DNA of 64,000 bases from TPA_inf: Saccharomyces (lineage: Eukaryota), in NCBI GenBank assembly GCA_000146045.2, contig BK006939.2, forward strand, positions 384,001 to 448,000. Reading direction: 5' to 3'. The notes beneath the pieces are model-generated. The model was not told the DNA's origin and made no database searches. It worked only from the letters and a program-made list of their open reading frames with translations. This document shows positions 55,616-64,000 of the stretch, one piece after another. Numbering within the stretch: the stretch's first letter is position 1; each line of letters opens with the position of its first letter. Both the position numbers and the translations under genes were made by a program.

Positions 55616-56971
55616 ATGGATCAAGAAACAATAGACACTGACTACGACGTGATTGTCTTAGGTACCGGTATTACCGAATGTATCTTATCTGGTTTACTCT
55701 CTGTAGATGGAAAAAAGGTATTACATATTGACAAGCAAGACCATTATGGTGGCGAAGCTGCTTCTGTGACCTTATCTCAATTGTATGAAAAATTTAAACA
55801 AAATCCGATCAGTAAAGAGGAACGGGAGTCCAAGTTTGGTAAAGATAGAGATTGGAATGTCGACTTAATTCCTAAATTCCTGATGGCCAATGGTGAGCTG
55901 ACAAATATTTTAATACATACCGATGTGACCAGATATGTCGATTTCAAGCAAGTTTCTGGCTCCTACGTTTTTAAGCAAGGCAAAATTTACAAAGTGCCAG
56001 CTAATGAAATAGAAGCCATTTCATCGCCATTGATGGGTATTTTTGAAAAACGTAGAATGAAGAAATTTTTAGAATGGATTAGCTCTTACAAAGAAGATGA
56101 CTTGTCCACTCATCAAGGATTAGACTTAGACAAGAATACCATGGATGAAGTGTATTATAAATTTGGGTTAGGCAATTCTACCAAAGAATTCATCGGTCAT
56201 GCAATGGCTTTATGGACCAATGATGACTACTTACAACAACCTGCTAGGCCATCGTTTGAGAGGATTTTGTTATATTGCCAAAGTGTTGCCCGTTACGGTA
56301 AATCACCTTATTTGTATCCTATGTATGGGTTAGGCGAACTTCCACAAGGATTTGCTCGTTTGTCGGCTATTTACGGTGGTACTTACATGCTAGACACTCC
56401 AATTGATGAAGTATTGTATAAAAAAGACACAGGAAAATTTGAAGGGGTCAAGACTAAGCTGGGAACTTTCAAGGCCCCATTGGTTATTGCTGATCCAACT
56501 TATTTTCCCGAAAAATGTAAATCTACTGGTCAAAGAGTTATTAGAGCCATCTGTATTCTTAACCATCCAGTTCCGAACACCAGTAACGCGGATTCTTTAC
56601 AAATTATTATCCCACAAAGCCAACTGGGAAGGAAAAGCGATATATACGTTGCGATTGTTTCAGATGCGCATAACGTTTGCTCCAAGGGTCACTATTTAGC
56701 AATTATTTCTACAATCATTGAAACTGATAAACCACATATAGAATTAGAGCCTGCTTTCAAACTTCTGGGACCAATCGAAGAAAAATTCATGGGAATTGCC
56801 GAATTATTTGAACCAAGAGAAGACGGCTCTAAGGATAACATTTACTTATCCAGATCATACGACGCATCCTCTCATTTCGAATCCATGACTGACGATGTTA
56901 AAGATATTTACTTCAGAGTAACAGGCCACCCATTAGTTCTAAAACAAAGACAAGAACAAGAAAAGCAGTAA
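55616..56971 (+). CDS. GDI1: Rab GDP-dissociation inhibitor.
   Basis: A 451 aa ORF, MDQETIDTDYDVIVLGTGITECILSGLLSVDGKKVLHIDKQDHYGG..., with the FAD/GDI fold. Confidence 0.9.
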   Translation: MDQETIDTDYDVIVLGTGITECILSGLLSVDGKKVLHIDKQDHYGGEAASVTLSQLYEKFKQNPISKEERESKFGKDRDWNVDLIPKFLMANGELTNILIHTDVTRYVDFKQVSGSYVFKQGKIYKVPANEIEAISSPLMGIFEKRRMKKFLEWISSYKEDDLSTHQGLDLDKNTMDEVYYKFGLGNSTKEFIGHAMALWTNDDYLQQPARPSFERILLYCQSVARYGKSPYLYPMYGLGELPQGFARLSAIYGGTYMLDTPIDEVLYKKDTGKFEGVKTKLGTFKAPLVIADPTYFPEKCKSTGQRVIRAICILNHPVPNTSNADSLQIIIPQSQLGRKSDIYVAIVSDAHNVCSKGHYLAIISTIIETDKPHIELEPAFKLLGPIEEKFMGIAELFEPREDGSKDNIYLSRSYDASSHFESMTDDVKDIYFRVTGHPLVLKQRQEQEKQ

Positions 56972-57372
56972 ATTCATACCTTTACGACTAAAGCAGCAAT
57001 TGGAGGGTAAACTTATTTTTTCCGATAATGTTCTTGGCAAATGAGTTACCAATAAATGACATGAATTACAGAAAACAAGAAAATATTTGCCAAAAAAAAA
57101 CCAATACAAAAATATAGGGGAAAAGATTATCCTTTATTCCTTTCTCATTCCACTTTTTTTTTTTGTTATATGCGTATTCTGATTGATTCATAACTAAGTA
57201 TCTTTCCTTTTCTTTTCTTTCAATTTCTTTTTTCCATATATAAATACATAAATTTACATACCTTATGTAGTATAATATATGGAAGAATGCTACTGAACAC
57301 ATCAGTACACATGCTATGTACTTACAATCTTAGTAAGGTAGATGTAGGTCTAATGCTTCGATGATCCCTTCA

Positions 57373-57819
57373 TTATTTCTTGGGTATAACTGTCAGTCTC
57401 GCACCGCAGTGTGCCCTTGTGTGGCCAGCCTCGTGACAAAATGAACATTTTATCTTATTTTTTTTCTTTTTACTACTCTTTTTGCTGGTTACTCCCTGAA
57501 TAGTGCTCGTAGTTTTATCTGCCTCTTCCTTGGCTTTAATCGGTATCAGGGCATATTTTTGATCGTCTTTTTCCATGATCTCTATTCCATTCCGCAGTAC
57601 CATGTCAAGAACACTAGTATTCATCATACTTCCCACAGTGCTTTCATGCAATCCCAGTAGTAGGTTAATGAATTTCTCTAATTCTTTCAACTTATGCTCG
57701 TACTCAACTTGTAATTGTGATCCATCTTTTTGCTTTGAAATGATCAACTTAGCCAGGACATCCATAGCTTGTGACAATCTGACTATATCATTTTCAGTCT
57801 TATTTGATGATTCACACAT
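57373..57819 (-). CDS. Small uncharacterised protein with a C-terminal CCHC zinc knuckle (YER137C).
   Basis: A 148 aa ORF whose C-terminus carries [22 protein letters not shown] (CX2CX4HX4C). Confidence 0.6.
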
Positions 57820-57986
57820 TCCTTGTTATAACAACCCTCGGTATTCTTTTAACAAACTTACGATGACTATATTGTATTAGTGTCAACCTCATCGCCAGGA
57901 ACTTTTCATTGAAAATCTTCTGACAAATTTTCTGTGTAAAGGAAAGAAAATGGAGTATAAAATCGAAAGTTTATTCCAATTGTGCT

Positions 57987-58508
57987 AGGCTGTAATGGCT
58001 TTCTGGTGGGATGGGATACGTTGAGAATTCTGGCCGAGGAACAAATCCTTCCTCGCGGCTAGACACGGATTGCACGCCCTTTGGGCAAGGGATAGTTCTC
58101 TATTCCGCACCGTGCCCTGTTGTGGCAACCGTCTTTCCTCCGTCGTAAATTTGTCCTGGGCAGAGCTGTCTGCCCGGAGGCGGGAGAGTCCGTTCTGAAG
58201 TGTCCCGGCTATAATAAATCGATCTTTGCGGGCAGCCCGTTGGCAGGAGGCGTGAGGAATCCGTCTCTCTGTCTGGTGCGGCAAGGTAGTTCTGGGTCCT
58301 TAGGGGCTCCACCTTCACCGCTGTTAGGGGAGTTTTATCCAGCGTCAGCAAAGGTGACCCGTGATGGAGGCGGCCGGGATAGCACATATCAGTCGGATAA
58401 TTGTGCAAGTTGATCGCTTCGGCGGTTTAATTTGGCGGTGCCATCAGGATTTACTCGCACATTGTGGCCGTTCCCTCGGGGATGGAGTGTGTCCTGAACC
58501 ATATTTTT
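57987..58508 (+). ncRNA. SCR1: SCR1, signal recognition particle 7SL RNA (about 522 nt).
   Basis: A GC-rich structured block starting AGGCTGTAATGGCTTTCTGGTGGGATGGGATACG... and ending in a T-run (ATATTTTTT). This matches my recollection of scR1. The short ORFs the track predicts across it are artefacts. Confidence 0.85.
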
Positions 58509-58732
58509 TAACATTTTTTTGAACTAATTAACCGTCCCAATGAGGGATGTTGGAAGAGTAAGTTGATTTAATGTCCTATTCTTGTTCTTTTCGAATATAA
58601 ATGACGATTGGAAGGTGCATGTCAATGTTTATCATCATGTTCTTGTTGTAGGTAGTCCTTACCTTGGTTGTAGAGTGAGTAGCGACAGGCGGCAGCGGAA
58701 TATAAGAAGGATAAAATGAGAATACTTAGAAC

Positions 58733-59075
58733 GTGTTGAAAGAAGAATAAACGATCATCCATCGACTAGTACTGCTGCTACTAGTGTGCTGTCATACTAC
58801 TAATATATTATCATATACAATATAAGAAGATGTCATAAACATTGAAAATAGTCATCAAATCTAATGGAAGCTGAAATTCAAGGGTTGATAATGTAATAAA
58901 ATAAAGAATGACAAAGTATAAAAGGAAGAAGATAGAGTAACATTATTATGTAGAGCTATCAATTCGCTTTTTGTAGATTCCTATTTTTTCTCGAGGAGAA
59001 TTGCAGCATATTCGTTCCACGTAATATTGCGGCCTTTAACAACAATGTAATTCCAACAATTATCTTAAAATTTGT
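58733..59075 (+). repeat. Diverged solo LTR (delta/tau-like), the inverted partner of 51158-51478.
   Basis: It begins TGTTGAAAGAAGAATAAACGATCATC and ends ...GGAATTCCAACAATTATCTTAAAATTTGTC, and shares the internal CTCGAGGAGAATTGCAGCATATTCGTTC core. Confidence 0.5.
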
Positions 59076-59201
59076 CTATATTTTTAAAAAAGTATGAACA
59101 ATTACCAACATGTGGTACATATTGGAGGCCCGCAAAGCTGAGTTGGCATTCATTCATTCTTTAAGTTGAACAAAAAGACAAAAAGATTTTCAAAAAAAAT
59201 A

Positions 59202-59275
59202 TGGTCTCTAGCGGGATCGAACCGCTGATCCCCGCGTTATTAGCACGGTGCCTTAACCAACTGGGCCAAGAGACC
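59202..59275 (-). tRNA. tRNA-Ile (AAU).
   Basis: The reverse complement GGTCTCTTGGCCCAGTTGGTTAAGGCACCGTGCTAATAACGCGGGGATCAGCGGTTCGATCCCGCTAGAGACCA has an AAT anticodon. Confidence 0.95.
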
Positions 59276-59369
59276 AAATTTTAATGAAATACTTTTACTG
59301 GAAAGAAGGTAACAAACCATGGAAGATGCTTTTCTACCACCCATGAAAGTCTGAGATTTTTATTAATGA

Positions 59370-59395
59370 TGTTGGAATAAAAATCAACTATCATC
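59370..59395 (+). repeat. 26 bp delta 5'-end remnant (TGTTGGAATAAAAATCAACTATCATC) directly abutting the Ty1 3' LTR.
   Basis: An exact match to the canonical delta start, in the opposite orientation to the adjacent full LTR. Confidence 0.5.
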
Positions 59396-59396
59396 T

Positions 59397-59733
59397 TGAG
59401 AAATGGGTGAATAATTAGATAATTGTTGGGATTCCATTGTTGATAAAGGCTATAATATTAGGTATACAGAATATACTAGAAGTTCTCCTCGAGGATATAG
59501 GAATCCTCAAAATGGAATCTATATTTCTACATACTAATATTACGATTATTCCTCATTCCGTTTTATATGTTTATATTCATTGATCCTATTACATTATCAA
59601 TCCTTGCGTTTCAGCTTCCACTAATTTAGATGACTATTTCTCATCATTTGCGTCATCTTCTAACACCGTATATGATAATATACTAGTAATGTAAATACTA
59701 GTTAGTAGATGATAGTTGATTTCTATTCCAACA
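59397..59733 (-). repeat. Ty1 3' LTR (delta).
   Basis: TGAGAAATGGGTGAATAATTAGATAATTGTTGGGATTCC ... TTCTATTCCAACA, with a TG..CA terminus. Confidence 0.85.
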
Positions 59734-59755
59734 TACCACCCATAATGTAATAGAT

Positions 59756-62700
59756 CTAATGAATCCATTTGTTAGTTAATAGTTTAAATGTTTTTATCGG
59801 AAGAGGTTTTGTCATCACATCAGCAATGTTCTTCTTGGTCTCGATGTAGTATACGTATAAATTATTACCTGATACTTCATCTCTAAGTCTCATTGCCTTT
59901 GTGCCAAAAAATCTGTTTCTAAATTTCTCTTCATTTGTAGACTTAATTATACTGATCGTTGATCTACTATCAGTAAGTAAGCCTTTAATAATTGGTTTCT
60001 TGTTAAGTTCTTGTATCAGGTAACTTAGATTATTTAATAATGGGACAGATTCACTTATCGCGTGTATTTCTGCTTCCGTAGTTGAAGTACATGTTAATGA
60101 AGCCTTGGTGGACTTTCCTCCAATTACCTTTCCATTAAGTAAATATATGTTGCCAATTTGTGATTTATAATACGGTTGGTTGCCATACGAAGCATCACTT
60201 ATTGCGACTAGTTTATTATCTGGCTCGGTAGGTTTGTTTTTGTGCCATATCAGTTGTTTATCTCTAGTGTCCCACATGAATTGTATCAACTCATATGTCA
60301 TGTCTAAAACTTGCCTAGAGGGGAATAGTATATGTTGAGCAAGTGTGTTGATGTAGTATAGTAAGTCAAATCTAAATTTATATCCAACATATGAAGCTAG
60401 ACCAATCAACTTTTGCATTTCATGTACCTTCTCTTTGTATTCATCTTCATCTATTTCTAGTTCATCCTGGTCTATATAAAGACCTGGTTGACCTGGAGCG
60501 CTAAGTTTTCTTCCTTTTGGATTCAAAGGTACGTTTAATTTGGGTATTTTCTCAGTTAATGAGTTTTCCATACCTAATTTCATGTATTTACCTCTTTGAT
60601 ATTTGATTTCTAAGCCAAGTATGTCGTACTGAATTTCGTTATCACTTTCACCCAGATTTATTATCTTTGTATCGTATTGTTTCTTGAGTGTTGTTATGAT
60701 TTTCTTATTTGCATTTAAGTCTTTGCTGAATAAAATCATGTCGTCAACAAATAAACATATTGTTACTTGACTATTCTTAAATACGCATGACCATCCACGA
60801 ACTTCTTCCATACCACACTGTTTTATCAGGTATGATTTGATAGTTTCGTACCAGTTCGCTCCACTTTGTTTCAATCCATAAAGTGATTTCTTCAAACGTA
60901 TCAACTTATCATTCATTCCTAAATGTGGTGGAGGTCTTATGTATAATTCTTCTTTGATGTCTGCATACAAATATGCCGAAGATATGTCTAATTGTGTAAT
61001 ATAGTAGTTATTGTCTAATGCAAGTGACAGGGATGTCATTAATGCATAGTGATGTACGGTATTGGATTGCATGCCTGAGTCGTAAGTGTCAGGATGCTGA
61101 ATATCACCTCTTGCAACAAATCTAGCTTTATGAGTACCGTCACGTTTCTTGTTGAAGATAAACATTGAGTTTATTACTCTTTTAGGGTCTATTTCTTTTC
61201 TGTCATAATATTCGTCAGTGTCCCAAGTTTTCATCTTCAACAGTTGATTGACTTCTTTGTGGTATGCCTCGATATATTTTTCTTTTTCTTTAATATCTTT
61301 ATTATAGGTGATTGCCTCATCGTATCGTAAGGTTGTCCGTATTGGTTTGATTGATTTTACTGCTTTTACAGCTGCAATCAGGTGAATTCGTTTCTTCGAT
61401 CTCGGAGGTTCTAAACTACGCATATTCTTAGTATTCCATGTGTCTCGTGATACCTTAATTTCAGTTTCATTATCTTCTAATGATCTTTTCTTACTGTTGA
61501 TAGTAGTATAGGCATTAGAGTCACCAATACCACCCAAACTGGAATTAGTTTGATGAGAATTTATCGGTGGGAGTTCTTTAAATGGGTCAGGGAATTCGGT
61601 AGGAGATTCTGGAGGTAGATCAGGGAGTGGGAGATCAGCGATGATAGATTCCTCGGTATTCTGTTCAGAAACAGTAGTTGGCGTTTTGATAGGAACAATA
61701 TTGTGCGATGAATTATTTTCCGGTGGAGAAGCATCGATTGAAGGTGAACGGTGTATAATCCTTTTCTCAGTCTCTTGGTCACTTATCTGCGGAACAGTTT
61801 TGTTGTTGGTACCACCCGTACTGGATATTGGTACGTTTGTATGATTAGTCTCATTTTCACTGTACGAGTCTGAGTGTCTGAAATCTTTAGATTTACTGGC
61901 GTGCGACGACTCATGTGTGTTAGATTGGGACATGGGAGCAAGTAAAGGAACATTTAATTTATGCATACCACCCGAACCGGTACTCTCGATATTGGAAATT
62001 TGGGGGGTGCTAGATCTCTTCTTTGATGGAAGAATATTAGATTCAGATATGTTGGGGTCAACTTCTCTGGGTGCGCGAATATTGGTTTTAGAAACACGTT
62101 TCGAATCTTCAGTATGAGTTGACGGAGGTGTGGAATCGGTTGGACTCACAGCTTTTGAAAGGACATTTCTCGGTTGCTCAGGATGTAGTTCGATGTCAGA
62201 TTGGAAGTCATGGTCAGATTCTATGTTAAGATCATCGGATTGTTGGATCTCATTTGACGCAATGAACGATTGATATGAAGCAGTTAAACGGTTTAAGTCT
62301 TCATCGAAAGTGAGTGCGTCGTAATTGAATTGATCTAATCTGGATTCCTTGCCCTGAAGAATAACATAGTTAGTTGTATCTACTGTCTTCTTTAAGGATG
62401 GAAGATAGATGATATATCCATAAGAGTTTCGAGACGGATGTAGAGCGTAGCCTGGGATGCCACGAGGATGTATTTTGGAGTTAGGGTTGTGATCATTGAC
62501 GATAACAGGTTGACCGAAAGGTAACAAAGTACTGATATCAAGTCCTGCCAAGCCAGCATGTTGTCTTGCAGATTTTTTGCTTTTAGGTGAAGCTAGTGAA
62601 TTTCTCACAATAGTAGAAAATTCGATTGCAGAGAACCATAAATGGTTCGGTAAACCACTACATTGCAGTTGAGTACGGCAGTCATCTAATAAGGTACGGT

Positions 62701-63718
62701 TGAGCCGTTCAGCGACTCCATGTGCTCGGGAATCCGCTGTGGTTGTATAGCATGGAGTTATACCATTTTTTTCAAGGAATTTATGGAGAGTTCTGTTAGT
62801 ATACTCAGAACCACGGTCCATTTGTATAACCAAGACACTGGCCTGAAACTGGTTCTTAATAAAAGCTAGTATCGTAGTAAAAACATCGAGGATAGAGTCC
62901 TCGCGACGGTCGTGTAATGGATAAACCCAACGGAATTTTGTTGTCTCATCAGTAAATGAGATGAAATAGGATGGTGCACTTTTTGGTAGGTTGTGAACTG
63001 GACCAAATATGTCAGTATGTAGGTATTGAAAGGGTTCGTATGAATTTTGGTATTTTAGTCGTGAACCTTTGATATGTCTGTGTTTGGTGCTTTTGCCGAT
63101 TAAACAATCAGGACATTGATAGTCAATAGCACTAGACCAGTCGACATCTGATTCGTTAAAATACGTGATGGTGTTATTTTTAAGTGAGTATCGAATTGTC
63201 TGTGCATTGGCATGTGCAAGCATTCGATGAATGAAAGGATAAGGATATTTGCGTGTACTTTCACTTGTATGGACATTATTGATGGTGGGTACGGAGATAT
63301 TTGATGGAAGCAAGTACTTTTTAGATACCCAGTAAAAGTCTCCATATTTTACGATAGGTGCAAGTACAGTGCCGTCAGATCGTTCTAAGACGTTTTTGGT
63401 AAAGCATGCTGTGATATCTACTGCAGCCAATTCATTCAAACTGAGTAAGTCATAGGCTATGTTAGGAGTGTGCAATACCTTTATTGATGTTTTGGTGTTG
63501 TCCTGGAAGTGAAATTGTAGGTCACCAATAGCGTTAATTGGTATATTTCTTTTTTGAGCATCAACTACGTTTATGTCAGGATTAGATGATGCTGAGTGTA
63601 TGTGATGAGCAGATCTTATAAGGGTTCGTGATGCTCCTGAATCGAGAAGGAGGTGTCCAGGGAGTTCATCATCAGAATGATTAGTGTGATTTACCGTAGA
63701 TTCAGTAAGTTCCTGGCC
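59756..63718 (-). CDS. Ty1 TYB (protease-integrase-reverse transcriptase-RNase H), expressed as a TYA-TYB fusion through a +1 frameshift.
   Basis: Protease DSG, the integrase HHCC/DDE (…[15 protein letters not shown]…), reverse transcriptase YVDD (FVDDMIL) and RNase H. The reading frame is open from the frameshift site down to the stop at 59756-59758. Confidence 0.85.
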
Positions 63719-64000
63719 TAAGGTGAAGGTCGTGCTTATTGTTCAATTGAATCGGTTCAGTAGTTGATTTACTGATGGAATCGTTGTCCGTGCTGGGAGA
63801 GTTATTAGATGTGGATACATTGTGAGCCCTGGCTGTTTTCGATTTCGAATTATTTGTTTTTTGAGGATTCCGAGCTATAACTTTGGGTTTGGTTGTATTC
63901 GTATAGCTGCGAGAATCATTCTTCTCATCACTCAGATTTCTCCTGTAATTAGGTTTGCTGTTTCTCGATCCCTGTTGTTCTTCATAAATAGCATGGATAT
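63702..64000 (-). CDS. Ty1 TYA (Gag) C-terminal portion. The zero-frame stop TGA is at complement 63702-63704.
   Basis: The frame containing CTT-AGG-C runs CTT AGG CCA GGA ACT TAC TGA and continues upstream past the window edge. Confidence 0.6.

Larger units (their letters stand above)
59397..64000 (-). mobile_element. Full-length Ty1 retrotransposon (partial in window: 3' LTR, TYB and the C-terminal part of TYA; the 5' part lies beyond 64000).
   Basis: A 337 bp delta LTR, a polypurine tract (TGGGTGGTA, complement of 59735-59743), a 1239+ codon pol ORF ending ...KLLTNKWIH, and the +1 frameshift heptamer CTTAGGC (complement of 63716-63722). Confidence 0.9.

Noticed and set aside
57985-58413. 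Three overlapping 97-102 aa ORFs on both strands.
   Set aside because: They lie entirely within the GC-rich SCR1 (7SL RNA) gene. A GC-rich structural RNA generates spurious ORFs.

Overview
The window looks like a contiguous, gene-dense stretch of the Saccharomyces cerevisiae chromosome V right arm, running from the 5' half of SWI4 (YER111C) to a Ty1 element (the YER138C region), i.e. roughly chrV 384-448 kb. I identified it from my recollection of the yeast proteome and gene order; I ran no database search. Evidence read directly from the sequence: canonical yeast introns (GTATGT ... TACTAAC ... AG) in RPL23B and GLC7, four tRNA genes, a sigma LTR 18 bp from a tRNA, delta LTRs and a Ty1 TYA-TYB +1 frameshift site. 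The ORF track appears to call non-ATG starts (TTG/GTG), so I trimmed several N-termini to the first ATG that gives the protein length I remember.

I called about 30 protein-coding genes: SWI4 (partial), LSM4, TMN3, BOI2, SPR6, SLX8, RPL23B (one intron), SHO1, AVT6, SCS2, YER121W, GLO3, YCK3, DSE1, RSP5, NSA2, LCP5, VFA1, SAK1, COM2, RPS26B, PMD1, GLC7 (one intron), YER134C, GDI1, YER137C and Ty1 TYA/TYB.

The right third of the window (47-64 kb) is a Pol III gene / Ty retrotransposon hotspot. It holds snR52 (Pol III snoRNA), tH(GUG), tK(CUU), tV(AAC), SCR1 (7SL RNA) and tI(AAU), interspersed with a solo sigma, solo delta LTRs, diverged delta/tau-like LTRs, LTR debris and a full-length Ty1 that runs off the window edge.

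I found no prokaryotic-style novel system and no CRISPR array. The leads I would follow up are a candidate 5'UTR intron ahead of RPS26B, a box C/D-like snoRNA candidate between RPS26B and PMD1, an inverted pair of diverged LTRs bracketing about 7.6 kb of Pol III genes, and a CCHC zinc-knuckle mini-ORF inside the Ty hotspot.
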